Made by a program: the position numbers and the translations under genes | Shown: positions 14,501 to 27,715 of the stretch, piece after piece | Position numbering within the stretch: position 1 is the stretch's first letter | Layout of the letters: every line of letters begins with the position of its first letter | From: Balamuthia mandrillaris | Taxonomy: Eukaryota | DNA length: 64,000 bases | Assembly (NCBI GenBank): GCA_031835245.2 | Contig: JAVKOQ020000003.1 | Coordinates: 248,001 to 312,000 of the forward strand | Direction: 5' to 3' | Notes under the pieces: model-generated | The model's database searches: none | Told to the model about the DNA's origin: nothing | The model's input: the letters and a program-made list of their open reading frames with translations, nothing else

Positions 14501-15600
14501 GGAAGAACAGAGCGACTGTTGGCTTGCTCCCTGCAATACTGAGGCTGTTACCAGCCGCTCCAGAGAGGTAGAGAGGGAAGTAGGGCATTCAGCAGGACCG
14601 TTACAAGAGGTCCTTGATTGCAACAAAGCGCCTTGTTGGGAGGGACCCTCCCACAAAAGGTCGCCACCCGTTATTCTGATGGAAGTAGAAGGCAGTGAGA
14701 CAGAATCCAAGAAAGCTCCGCGGATGGAAGAAGAGCGTAGAGAGGAAGGAGTGGCGGAGAATTGGGAGAGACGAAGATTTGGGCGAGCGGCAAGGGAAAG
14801 AGTGGCCATTGTGAGGTTCCGCAAAGACGGTTTCACACTAGGTGTGGGTCTATAGAGAAAGGCAGCAGGCATACCGTCCAGCAGGTCTCCATCCACGATG
14901 AGAAGGGAAGCGGCAGAGGGATTGCTGCTGCTGAGATCCGTTTGCAAATCACCTCTCCAAACGAGGGGAAAGCTCGACATTGCCGAAACTGGGAAACTCC
15001 CTCCTACCTTGCTGAGGGTCCCCAATACAATGCTCGAAAATGGAGTGGTAGTGCCAGAGCTTGCTGGAAGCGTTCCATTCACCGTCAAACGAAAGGTAAC
15101 ACTGATGTTCAAGCTTAGAACTTGCTGTTGAACATCCTCGACATGGACGGTAACCGTCCTTCTCAGCTTTCCACCGCTGCCAGACAAGGTGCCATCCGCC
15201 AGACGGTTTGGTTGCAAAGCGTCGTTTGCAATGTCCACCCAACCCGAGTCGTAGGAAAAGGACCGGCCGCTGTTGGAGACACAGTTACTTTGAACCCATG
15301 AAAAGTCGGCTAAAGCGGTTCCCGTGAAGCCGTCTATCCAAGGTACTCTTGCTGTTTGCACCGAAAACAAAAGAAAAAAAAACAAGAAAAGAGAAAGCCG
15401 GTGATAAGAAAAAGATCTAGTAGTGGTGTACGCAAAAATAGAACCAATCGAAGAGGACAAGAAACGACACCTGTGAGGGAGTTAAGGCCTTGGCAGAGAG
15501 GAGGTAATGGGGCAGCCGTAACGCAGCATGCGCAGGCCGCCAACAACAACAATGCCGAAAGTAACGGCCGCGGTTGCAGGGATAAGGGAGCGCCTCTCAT
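2576..15600 (-). CDS. Giant (~4300 aa) surface protein: signal peptide, very large ectodomain with RTX-like repeats and an EF-hand-like loop, C-terminal multi-pass membrane domain
   Basis: A 12.8-kb uninterrupted ORF (2576-15460). A signal-peptide exon MRGAPLSLQPRPLLSALLLLAACACCVTAA starts at 15600 and joins by a probable phase-1 intron ~15353-15470. It has DIDGNGWVTFNE, motifs GTGDDLF, GGGGIDT and GVGNDSL, and about 8-9 hydrophobic segments in the last ~330 aa. Confidence 0.85.
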
Positions 15601-15804
15601 GCTGGCCGTCTTCCGGCTGGAGATAGAGACTGGTAGTAGAAAAGGCACTAGGGCGGTGGTGGTGGTGGGTGCTGCTGGTCAAAGGTATTGCGCAAAGACG
15701 CCAAACTAAAATTTGTATTAAACTAAAAATTGCGCCTTTTGTTTTGTTGATTTCATTCCTGCAGCTGGCCACTCACTACAAACTTCCTGTGCCCTCATGA
15801 CACC

Positions 15805-15845
15805 CCCTAACCCTTAACCCTAACCCTTAACCCTAACCCTAACCC
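15805..15845. repeat. Interstitial telomere-like repeat (CCCTAA/CCCTTAA)6
   Basis: ccctaa cccttaa ccctaa cccttaa ccctaa ccctaa ccc lies in the divergent intergenic region. Confidence 0.9.
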
Positions 15846-15906
15846 AAATCTTCAGAGCAAAACAAGAAAGAAAAGAAGAAATAAGTAAGAAGGAAGGGGG
15901 CGAAGC

Positions 15907-16452
15907 ATGGAGGAAGCAAGCGAACCGTGGGGAGGGGAGGTGGAGTTTTCTCCCGATGAAGATGAAGGACAGCACACAAAGGGTAAAAAAGCTCAGAAGA
16001 AAGCTAGAAAGCTGGCCGCTCAGATAGGGGGCTTCCAAAAGCTGGGCCTTAGCCAGGAGGTGCTCAAGGGAGTGTTGCGCAAGGGCTACCGTCTTCCCAC
16101 ACCCATTCAACGCAAAGCTATTCCTCTCATCTTGAGCGGGAATGATGTTGTGGGCATGGCACGAACTGGTAGCGGCAAGACAGCTGCCTTCGTTTTACCC
16201 CTTCTGCACAAGTTGCAGAGCCACTCAATGAACTATGGAGCTCGCGCCTTGATCCTCTCCCCCACGCGCGAGCTTGCCTACCAAACCATGCGGTTCCTCA
16301 AGGACCTTGGTCGCGGCACTGACCTCCGTGCCTGCCTCCTCGTTGGTGGAGACGACATGGAAGACCAGTTCGCCCAACTGACTCAAAACCCCGATGTGTT
16401 AGTACTGTCTCTTTTCTTCTTCTCTTTCCACTCTTCGCCTCTGCTTCTCTCG

Positions 16453-16501
<49 letters not shown>

Positions 16502-19148
16502 TAGCTCACTATCTCCAATCCACCAACCAGCCTAATAGCAACGCCGGGTCGGTTGTTGCACCACTTGGTGGAAGTAGGAATGAGCCTTAAAACAGTTGAG
16601 TATTTAGTATTTGATGAAGCAGACAGGTAGGTGTTTCTTTCTCTCACACTTGCTCAAACAATAATGGGAGGGGCGTGCATTGGGTGCGTTTTTTATTTGC
16701 TCTAACTTATGTTTTGAAAGATTGTTCGAACTGGGTTTTGCAGAGCAGCTCACACAAATCATGGAGAAGCTTTCTCCCACCAGACAGACCATGCTTTTCA
16801 GTGCCACGCTTCCAAGCAAACTTGTTGAGTTCACCAAAGCAGGTCTAACCAATCCAGTGCTGCTGCGCCTCGACACAGATACATCCATCAGCCCAAACTT
16901 AAAGATGGCATTCTTCACTGTTCGTCCTCAAGAAAAAACGCCTGCTCTCCTTTATCTCCTTAAAACCGTGGTACCACCACAGCAGCAAACTATAGTCTTT
17001 GTAGCCACCCGGTAAGCTCTTTACTTTTGTTTTGTCCCTCTTTTTATTCTTTCTGTTTTCCTTTTCTTTTTAGCTGCTTTTTCTTCTTCATCTTTCTGTT
17101 GTGATTCTCTGCACTCTGAGAGTAACATGTGAGATGGTGTGCCCCAATAGTCATCACTGCGAATACTTGCATGAACTATTGGAACGAGCAGATATTACCG
17201 TGACGATGATATACGGCGCGATGGATCAAACAGCCCGTAAAATCAATCTGCAGCGTTTCCGTCAAGCCAAAGCCATGGTGCTGCTTGTAACTGATGTGGC
17301 AGCAAGAGGCATTGATCTTCCTTTGTTGGACAATGTCATTAACTATGACTTTCCTGCACGAGCCAAGCTTTTTGTTCATCGTGTGGGAAGAGTAGCAAGA
17401 GCAGGCAGAAGTGGCACGGCCTACTCTTTGGTTGCCCCTGAGGAAGTGCCCTTCATGCTTGACCTCCATCTTTTCTTAGGCCGACCTGCGGTCAACAAGG
17501 TGCCCGCTGGCACCACCTATCACGACTCTCAGGTGTACTATGGCAATGTACCGTCCTACCTGCTCGAATCTCAGATTGACTTTACTCGCCAATGTCATTC
17601 CATCCACTCTGATCTGGTTTGTAAACACTTGTTCAGCCTTCCTGCTTTCCTTTGCTTTCCTAGATCAACTTCTGCTCACTATTTATATAGGAGAGTCTCC
17701 ATAAAGTTGTGCAGAATGCGTACAAACAATACGCCAAAACTCGTCCCACCCCATCCGCAGAATCTGTTAAGAGAGCCAAAGAATTGCCATGTGACAACTT
17801 GCACCCACTCTTTGGTATTCCATCTACTGCTGCTGGCCATATAGCCATCCCCTTTTTGTGTTCATGTTCGCAGTTAAGTTTTTGGCTTTAACCAACTGTT
17901 TGTATGATCATTTTAGCACAAGAAGTAAAATCGGCGGAGAGAGCAAGACTGGAGCTTCTGAACAGCCTTAAAAACTTTCGTCCTCCGCAGACCATATTGG
18001 AGATGGGAGATGGTGATGTGGGCAGCGCCAGTAGGAGAAACGCTAAGCACACCTCCAACAAGCTTCGTCACACGGATATCTCAGAAGCCTCTGTTATGAT
18101 GCGCGAAAAACGGTCCCGCCACGATGCCATCATTCAGAAAAAGCAGGAGCAAGTGAAACAATCCAGCAAGCAAGAGCAAACCTTTACAGAAGAACAACTA
18201 GATAGACACGATGCAGAGGTGGATGAGCAGGACGAAACACAAGACCTCAGCACAGACTCATCGGGCAATCCTGAAACAAAACAGAAGAAGAAGAATAAGA
18301 AGAAGAAGAATAAGCAAGGCCTAGGTGGGTGGCTGCCAATGTGTTGTCCCTCCTAATCTGCTACTCAGTGCTAACCAGTACGTCACAACTAGGAGTCAAG
18401 AGTAGCAAGCATACCCCTGCACAAAGCTTCAAGGATGAAGAATTTTTCATGAGCCCATTTCCACAGAACCAACATAAAGAAGACGCGTGCGTGTCTCTCC
18501 CTTTTGATTCTTTTTGCTGCGGCTGCTGCTGCTGCTTCTCCTTTTGCTTTCTCCGAACAACAGGTTCTCATTTTCTTACTATCATTGTTTGGGGTTAGGT
18601 TGAGCGTGAACGTGGGCAGCGAGATGGCAGAAGCCAGCCTGGATCTTCTGGCGGACGATAAACAAGATCTGATGAAACAGCGCAGCGCTATGCGTTGGGA
18701 CAGAAAGAAAAAGAAGTTTGTGCACGCGAGTGCGTTGGCCGAAAAATCCAAAAGCAAAAAGATTATGTTCAATGAAAGCGGAGCAGCCGTTGGCAAAAAC
18801 AACAAGCTCAACAAGTACAAGCAATGGATGGAAAAGACCAAAGCACGCATTCCCGTCGCCGGTGAGAGAGAGGGCACCTTCAACGCAGTCCAGACGGACG
18901 GCCCCCACCTCGGAAAGCGCTTTCGCCATAAGGCTACTTCTGCCTCCTCTTCCGCTGGCGCTTCTTCTGAGCTCAAAACGAAGGAGCAGATGCTGAAGGA
19001 GAGAAAACGCAAAGCCAAGATTAAAGAAAAGCAACAAGGCTCTCGCAAAAAGCGGCGCACCGGTGAAGGCCACTTTACTCCAAAGGCTCTTCGCGCGCAG
19101 CAGGCCCACAGCGCCAGAACCCGAAGCAAAGTAATGATTTACAAGTAG
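15907..19148 (+). CDS. DDX54: DEAD-box RNA helicase DDX54/Dbp10 (60S biogenesis), multi-exon
   Basis: [56 protein letters not shown], and a Dbp10-type C-terminal WDRKKKKF motif. Confidence 0.93.
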
Positions 19149-19282
19149 TAGGTGACCATCTCACAAAAAATCAAAGAGACAGAGAACATAAGAATAGAGA
19201 TAAAAGTGTTTTCTGAAAAAAAAAGTCTTTTGGACGAGATAAAGGGAGGATAAACTTTAAGAGCACAGACCCAGAAGCATGC

Positions 19283-20525
19283 TCACCAGAGGGACTCCCT
19301 CTTCTGTTTGTCAGCACGATCCTTCTTCTCAATTTCAGAGATGATACGTGTGAGCCTTCTGTACTCCTGCATCTTACGGGTGTGGGAGTTGTTGGGATAA
19401 GGCACAGTGGGAGCGAAGCCGGTAAACTCTTGCTCCTCTATCACCAAGAAGCCGTCTTTTCCGGTCTTGAAAACCACTCTGTTGCCACCATATTTTCTGA
19501 GCGTGCCTTCGGGATCTTTTGACATCTCCGCGTCTCGTCTTGCGCGCTCTTCATCGGAAAGATAATCCACTCCTTTCAAACGCTTCTTGATCTTTGGGGT
19601 TTTATCTTCTTTCTTAACGAGCATAGGTTCTTTTCCAATAGTGGCTTGTTCTTCGTGTGGGTGCTCATCCCCTACATAAATGCGGAGCCTCTCCAAGCGG
19701 GCGTACCGAGTTTTGTTTTTGGGTAGCTGTCAAAGCAAGCCATCAACAAATACCCCAATGGCCACACGGAGGGGAGAGGGAGAGGGAGAGGGAGAGGGAG
19801 AGGGAGAGGGAGAGGGAGAGGGAGAGGGAGAGGGAGAGGGAGAGGGAGGGAGGGAGAGGGAGAGGGAGAGGGAGGGAGAGGGAGAGGGAGAGGGAGAGGG
19901 AGGGAGGGAGAGGGAGAGGAGAGGGAGAGGGAGAGGGAGAGGGAGAGGGAGAGGGAGAGGGAGAGGGAGAGGGAGAGGGAGAGGGAGAGGGAGAGGGAGA
20001 GGGAGAGGGAGAGGGAGAGGGAGAGGGAGAGGGAGAGGGAGAGGGAGAGGGAGAGGGAGAGGGAGAGGGAGAGGGAGCAAAAGACACTGACCATCCCAGA
20101 AACAGCCTTAATCAAAATCTTATCGGGGTGTTTTCTGAGCATATGCTTGGCGGACACCTCTTTGAGTCCACCAGGGTAGCCAGTGTGCCAGCGGTACAAT
20201 TTTTGTTCCCATTTCTCACCAGTGAACTTAAGCTTTTCTACATTCTTGACCACAACGTAGTCCCCATTGTCCACTTGTTACGTACATTGCACACAATGTC
20301 GAGAGATGAAAAAAGGCGGAGGAGTGTTAGCATCAGAGCAATGACAGTATAAAGAAGAAGAGCAAGTCTACCGGTCGGAGAATAGATGGGCTTGTGTTTG
20401 CCTTGCAACAAGCGAGCGATCTGTTCAGCGAGTCGACCCACGCGGAAGCCCTCCGCATCAATGACGTGCCACATGGGGTTGCGCGAAAGCGGCTGACGCA
20501 GCATAGTGCTGAAAGGGGAGGCCAT
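19283..20525 (-). CDS. MRPL13: Mitochondrial ribosomal protein uL13m, multi-exon
   Basis: [15 protein letters not shown]...[46 protein letters not shown]. Confidence 0.9.
19769..20077. repeat. (GAGAGG)n microsatellite, ~300 bp, intronic in uL13m
   Basis: Near-perfect hexamer array. Confidence 0.95.
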
Positions 20526-20795
20526 ATTGACGGGAGTTTGCTCACAGAGAATAAGGGTAAACAAAAAAAAACCTACGGGGCACCGCCGGTGGTGGGTGGT
20601 GGCGGTGGCTAAACCCTATGGGCTTTCCTTCTTTCTTCTTTTGCTGCCGACAAGTCAGGTATTTTGTGTAGACATGCTCCCTGCAAACTTTGACCACAAA
20701 AGCTCCGCATTGCCAGCAGGCCTGCAGCCCAAGGGGAAGGACGAAACCGCCTCTACTCATCCAAGGAAGAAGAAGAAGAAGAAGAAGATACCACC

Positions 20796-23700
20796 ATGGA
20801 AGAGCCATCCCTCACGCACCGCAACGGCAACAAAGGTGAGGCGGAGCGCCAAGAGGAGCTGCGCCTGGAGGTGGAGCAAGACAACAGTGCTGGCTGCTGG
20901 CGGAAAACCATGGAGGAGGAAAAGTGGCACTATGGGGACGCGCACTGGCAAGAAAGCTTTGAGAAGCAGTGGCAACAACGCGTGAAACGTTTTCGCGACT
21001 GCTTGAAAACATTGGAAAGGAAAGAAGGTGGGTTGGAGGCCTTTTCGCGAGGCTACCAAAAGCTGGGCTTTATCCAGAAGAAAAACGGCATTCTGTTTCG
21101 CGAGTGGGCTCCCAACGCGTTGCGAGCGTGGCTGGTCGGCGACTTTAACCACTGGGACAGGAGCGCCCACCCTTGTCACAGAGACAACAACGGTTACTGG
21201 TCCATATTTTTGCCGCACAGCGCCGCCACTGGACCGGTGTTGCACCACAACTCAAGGGTCAAGCTCACTCTCTTGCTGCGTAAGAGCGACGGTACCGCTG
21301 AGAAGGTGGACCGCATACCTGCTTGGTCCACCCGAGTTACACAAGAGCAATCCTCCGTTGGACCCCTTTTCAATGGTTTGTTGGACTATTTTCACACCAT
21401 AGCATGCACTGCTCTGCTCCGGAGCTGCCTTCTGCCTGTGAGAATATTCATCCTGAATCACTCCACTCGCTGATGTATACATGCCTACTATAGGTATCTA
21501 TTGGAATCCTCCAATGCCATATGTTTGGAAGCATCTGGTTCCTCCCCGTCCTGCTTCCCTCCGTATCTACGAAACTCATGGTTAGTTCTCTTTTGTTGTT
21601 GTTCTATTACCCTCCTTGTTTGTTCATGTCGTTGCATTATGGTTGCGAACTCATACTTCAACCAACGCAGTGGGTATGGCAGGGGCTAGTCCTGCTGTTG
21701 CATCTTATGCAGGTACGTTACGTGGTGATGGTGGGAGTGGTTATAGCGTCAACCGTGTCTACTTTACTAAGCTTAACCCTTGGAAACGAGCAGAGCCGAA
21801 TAGTGTTCGTTTGTCAATGTAATCAACTAACTGAGGAATGTATGTAGACTTCCGCAAAGCCGTTCTGCCTTACATCGTCAAGCAGGGCTATAATTGCGTC
21901 CAGCTAATGGGTATCATGGAGCATTCGTATTATGCGAGCTTTGGTTACCAAGTTACCAACTTCTTCGCTGTGAGCAGTAGATTTGGCCTTCCAGAAGAAT
22001 TGAAAGCGCTGATCGATGAAGCTCATGGCTTGGGTGTGCTCGTTTTCTTGGACGTGGTACATAGCCATGCCTCATCCAACATACACGATGGGCTCAATCA
22101 ATTTGACGGGGAGGCCTGCCCTTATTTCCGCACAGATGAAATACACCACCCGGTCTGGCAAACGTACCTACCCCTCCTCTCCGTCACGATTGATGGTTTA
22201 ATTCACTGCCCTTTTGTATGTAGCCGTTTGTTTCGATACGGTGAATGGGAGGTCCTTCGCTTTCTGCTGTCTAATGTACGGTGGTAAGCGTCCCGTCTTT
22301 ACTGTTGGCGTGTATGGGAGAGTTATGTATATCATAAGATTTATTTCTCATTCCTTGCTCAAGGTTTGTGGAGGAATATCACTTTGATGGGTTTCGTTTC
22401 GATGGTTAGGTTTGGTTTTGCTTTGTTCCACCTGATCCTGTTACTAATTGTGTTGGTGACGAACCATCCATGAACCACAGGCGTGACTTCCATGCTTTTT
22501 AGAAACCATGGCATTGGGCAGAGCGCTCCTTGGCCCTACCACGTATACTTTGATGAAGAGCAAACTGACGAGAGCTGTTATCTCTATCTGGCCCTGGTTC
22601 GTCCTTCTCATAGGGCTTATTTCTGAATTGTCTGTAACCCTTTGGTGCTAATTTGTCTTTGCTGTCTTCCTTCTTGATAATCCAACACAGGCAAACCATC
22701 TCCTGCATAGTCTATATCCTTCTGTCATTACGATAGCTGAAGATGTATCGGGGATGCCCACACTGTGTCTACCTCCAAACCATGGTGGCCTTGGGTTCGA
22801 TTATCGCTTGGCGATGGGTATTCCTGACATGTGGAACAACCTCCTATGGAGACGGGTAAGTCTATACGCATGTCACCAGAAGATAAAAGAGTAGCTAATT
22901 GTTTGATTATCATCAGGACGAAGACTGGGACATGCGCTTTATGCTTAGTACGTTGTCAGAACGAAGAAAAAAGGTAATTAGTCGACCAAATATTGTTGCT
23001 ATCTTCTCATTCCTTCTGCTATTACTATTTTTTTTTTTCACGAAGGAACGACGGGTTGCCTATGCAGAATGCCATGATCAATGTTTTCAGGGTAGCTCTA
23101 CCATAGCCTTCCGTTTGATGGGAGCTCTCATGTGCGGCACACCTCTCCATTCCACTCTTTACACAATGGTGTGTACATTTACGCTCCACTCTACTAACAG
23201 GGAAGAGGGCATGCACATTGAGCGGCCACTAAGCATTGAGATAGAAAGGGGTCTTGCTCTTCATAAAATGATACGGTTAGTGACTAATGGGCTGGGTGGG
23301 GATAGTTACCTCAACTTCATGGGCAACGAGTGGGCTCATCCAGGCTGGGTTGACTTTCCTCGACAGGGCAACTCCTACAGGTATTTGCTTTTTGTTGTTG
23401 TTCCCTCATCATCAACCTGCGCTTATATGAATTCTCATAAGTTACCAGCACTGTCGCCGCAGATGGGATCTGCTGCATGACTCTAGACTTCGCTACAAGG
23501 TAGCAGGTTGCGTTAGTTGTAGCCTTTGTGACTTATTAATGTTCGTTATTGTATGTACGCAGCAAATGGCGGCGTTTGATCAAGCTATGCAGTCTTTGGA
23601 GGAAAGTTATGGCTGGCTAAACGATCCGTATGTATGTGACACACTTGCCAGTCTTTGTACACACGCAAACTTTTCTTCCTTGCTGATTCCGATAAATACA

Positions 23701-24078
23701 ACACAAAAGTTCACAATACAGGTGTGCGACGAGGTAAGTAAGATAATTGCCTTTGAACGGGGAGGTCTGTTGTGGCTTTTCAATTGGCACATAACGGATA
23801 GCCAGGTGGGCTATCGGGTTGGAGTTTCTGGCAACGCCGCAGCTCCTAAAAAATGGGAGGTTGTGTTGGATACGGATGATGTGGCATACGGAGGCCATGG
23901 CCGCGTTAAACATTCAGTCCCTTTCTTCGCCCAAGCTGTCCCTCAAGGCCAGGCATATCGCTCCATCCAGGTACCTTCAATTCCACCATCCCATTCAATA
24001 TGTTTACTTAATGCCCTGTTCTAGTTATACTTGCCCTGCAGGACGGCCCTTGTGCTGGCCTCCATGGGTAGTGCATAG
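20796..24078 (+). CDS. GBE1: 1,4-alpha-glucan branching enzyme (GH13), multi-exon
   Basis: FREWAPNA...[39 protein letters not shown] (nucleophile Asp), IAEDVSGMP (acid/base Glu), [19 protein letters not shown]. The 3' end is approximate. Confidence 0.93.
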
Positions 24079-24855
24079 GCAGCTTTGTTGTCAGCAGATG
24101 GGGTTAGTCTTAAAGGGGTTATCCATTGTACAAAAAAAAAAAATTGGACCAGTTTGCCTTTTTGTTGCAGGCGCCTTCCATTCCCTCTTCGTCATTCTCA
24201 ATCGAACAGGCTAGCAGGCCAAGTTTGGGTTCTGACTGGACAAGTGTTGCAACTCCAAGACAAAGACAACCACCTGAGAAGGGGTTCAGGACATGCTCAT
24301 AGTGGTCAAGGATAAGCTCAAAGCTGATCATGAGCCTGGCAAGGCACTGCGATTCTACCACCGGAAGTTAAGGCTTTTTTGAAAAGGGTGCTGTTGTTGC
24401 ACACCGGATCGCGTTGGATAACGCTGGAAACAAACAGCAGCTCAGAAAAACCCGCCTCATCAAGCTGAAGCACCTAAGCAAAAAGAACCGCATACCATAT
24501 CAGATCTACAGGATTGAAGACACTCGAACTCCACACTATTCACAGGAGCACCTTTTCCGAAGAAAGCTTGCTGCAAGAACTTGATGAATAGGATGAGGAC
24601 AGAAAGCTCAAAGAGAACTTGTGACTAGCTGGAGGACTTTTGCAATCGCAACCAACTGCCTTTAGGAGTGATCCACTCCAGTAAGAAAATACCTCCCGTC
24701 ACTGAGTTGTGAAAAACCAAGACAACCTCTTCTCCAAAGCCAATGTCTACCTTCTCTTGAACGCTAACATTCTATGATATCTTGATAAAAATAATAGCTA
24801 ACCTCCCTCCTCCGTTCATTGTTGTATGTCACAAAACTTAAGTACCGTGCTGGCC

Positions 24856-25005
24856 CTAGTCCAGGTGATCCATCTCGTCTACTCGCTTTAATATTTTGGC
24901 TTTACTGGTTTCCATTACTTCTCCTGCCAGGAAGATCTCGTCCACCACCGCATACACCTGTTTCATCTGTCAGCCCTCTATATAACGCTCCTGGGAGGGA
25001 ATAGG

Positions 25006-25041
<36 letters not shown>

Positions 25042-25588
25042 TGTGAAAGTTAAAAACAAGATCAAGCTCACACACATTGCCAAAGTAACTGTCGAGAACC
25101 TCCACAAAAAGATGGATGGCCTCCAGCACAGCCAACTCGTTTTCTTCTGGGTCTACACACATGGAGAAAAACAAACCCGCATAGCGCCTGTACACCACCT
25201 TATGGTTACGAAACTGTAATGCGCACAGCAGGGAGTAAGCTTACTAGAACAAGAATAGAAACGACAAAGGCTGGTTACCTCTACGAAGTTGGTGAACTTG
25301 GAGTGTCGAGAGTTCACCAGTCGGTGTATCTCGCTGGCCAGTTTCTGCTTTTCGTCGTTGTCATAAGGCACAAACCATCTGGCCAGCCTCACCTTGCCTT
25401 GTCTATTTTGGATGAGAATATATCGTATCTGAGGAGAGAGAGAGAGAGAGAGAGAGAAACGATCGAAAGAAAAAGAGGGAGAAAGTCGTTTCAAGAAGAA
25501 CAAGGAGCAAAGAACGAGAAAGAAGAGGAAGAGTTGGTAAGTGGTAAATGGAACTGTAAAAAAAAAAGAAGCTGAGGAGAACCACCAT
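24856..25588 (-). CDS. AP2S1: AP-2 complex sigma subunit; first exon is the ATG only
   Basis: [57 protein letters not shown]...DHLD*. Confidence 0.92.
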
Positions 25589-25889
25589 GGTGATGGTACT
25601 CGTTGCTTGCTGCTCGTTTCCTTTCCTTTGTTGTCCTCCTTTTCTTTCGGTTTTGTTTTGTTGCTATTTTTTTTTTGGGGTGTTGGTTTGGAGGGGGTCA
25701 TGCTGGTTTGCAGCTCCCCTCCTGCTCAAGGCGAGCAGTTCTTGTGTGGAAATTTCGCGAAAAAGATAATATGTACCTAATAGATTGGGTTGACCATCTA
25801 TTTTTTGAAGAAATCGAAAAAATTCGATTATCAAAGAAAGAAAGAAAGAAAGAAAGAAGAACGGAGTGCTCTCTTCTCTTGATACAGCC

Positions 25890-27360
25890 ATGTCTTCTGG
25901 CCGCTCTTCCCTTCCTTCACACCTTCAGCAACAAGCAAGTCGCGTCATGTGCGGCCCGGCTTCCGTCTCTTACGTACGGAGGCCTTCTCTTCCTTCCTCC
26001 TTTTATTTAAAAACAAAAACACGTTTAAACTGTAATCACCGACCCACTACCATGCTGTTAATCATGCTAACAGACGTCTAGCGTGAAAACTTCCGGCGCC
26101 TTCAGAAGCATGGCCGTCGACAACACGTTTGACCTTCAGCAGTTCACTGAGGTCATGAAAATCAAAATCCAGAGCTACGACCGAAAGGAAGGCATGTTGG
26201 TGTTTGACCTCATCGGGGTTGACGCTCCCATCGCCAACGCCTTCCGCCGCATTCTCATCGCGGAGGTGCCCACCATGGCCATAGAGAACGTCTACATACG
26301 AAACAACACTTCGATCATTCAAGACGAGGTACTGGCCCACCGCTTGGGCCTTATTCCCATCAAGGTCGACCCAAGGCTCTTCCAGTTCAAAGCACGTTCG
26401 TAACTCCCCGCAACACTTTTCTCTGCCTCCCTGCTGCTATTCTCACGGCTGAATTGTATGTGCAATGCAGCGGAAGACGACCCAACAGACGACAACACGA
26501 TCGTATTCCAGCTGAAGGTGCGATGCAGTAAGGCTCCCGGAGGCGAAAACTTCCAAGACCCGGAAAAACGGTACATAAACGCAAAGGTGTTCTCCAGAGA
26601 CCTCATTTGGGAACCTCAAGGAGAGCAGGAGGAAATATTTGCTGAAAACCCGATCGCTCCTGTTCAAGACGACATCCTTATTGCAAAACTTCGCCCTGGA
26701 CAGGTTTGCCTGCCTCTTCTTCTGATTCTTTTCCTAAAACGAAAAAAAAAAAAAAAAAAACAGGAACTATCAACCTTGGTGTTCTTTCTCACCCTATTCT
26801 TTGATATGCAGGAAATAGACGTAGAGCTGCATTGCACAAAAGGCATAGGACGAGAGCATGCTAAATGGTCACCAGTATCAACTGCGTCGTACCGACTCAT
26901 GCCTGACATACAGCTGATGAATGATATTACCGATGAGAAGGCAGATGAGTTGGTGGCCAAATGCCCAATGGGCGTCTTTGACATAGAAGATTTAGGAGGA
27001 GGTTTGGTCCTCAAATCCCTTCTTCTTGTGCTTCGTTGTTGACTCTTTTCGTTGTAAAGGTGAACGGAGGGCTGTTGTTTCCAAACCAAGAAACTGCACA
27101 GTGTGCCGGGAATGCATCAGAGAAGAAGAGTGGAGCAAGCAAGTGAAGGTCATGCGAGTTCGAGATCATTTTATCTGTACGTCTAATATCGAGCTTCTCC
27201 TTTGCCTCTAAAACTTACACCTAGCCAATTATCAGTTTCTGTGGAGAGCACTGGCATCCTCCCACCAGACGTGTTGGTCAAAGAGGCTATCACTGTTCTT
27301 ATTTCCAAGTGCCAAACCCTCATTGCAGAGCTTGATAAACTGCAAAGCGTGGACAAGTAA
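25890..27360 (+). CDS. POLR1C: RNA polymerase I/III subunit AC40 (RPAC1)
   Basis: [83 protein letters not shown]. Confidence 0.95.
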
Positions 27361-27715
27361 TGAGCTTGATAAACTGCAAAGCGTGCACAAGACAGAAGAA
27401 AGAGGAAAAAAGATAAATAAACAGAAACAGAAACAGAAACGGAGAGAATGGAATAGATGCTAAAGAGTCAAAGAGCTCTTAAATAAAGTCTGTTCTATCT
27501 TCAACGCACAGTTGAATTTGCATGCAGGCAGCTCTTCACACCGAACAAACGACAGTTCAACAACGGCAACTCCTTCACGACAGTGATAGAGGCAACCTTG
27601 CCATCACCCGCCTGGGACTGAGGGTTACCGTTTTTTTCATTGCCAATTTTTCGATTTCCCGTGTCGTCCTTATATTTCATTCTTTGAAGCGAAAATCAAC
27701 AAGAATAAGAATAAT

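Noticed and set aside
2691..15131. Many short plus-strand ORFs
   Set aside because: They are antisense shadows of the giant minus-strand gene.
15805..15845. Chromosome end
   Set aside because: The tract is only ~40 bp and has intact genes on both sides.
19657..20352. ORFs of poly-ER/EG/RG/SP/LP
   Set aside because: They are translations of the (GAGAGG)n intronic microsatellite.
24293..24584. Protein-like reading that would be ~95 aa if the T6 run at 24375-24380 were T5
   Set aside because: No recognisable motif, and it needs an assumed frameshift.
25753..25762. E2F-like palindrome TTTCGCGAAA
   Set aside because: A single imperfect match with no supporting context.
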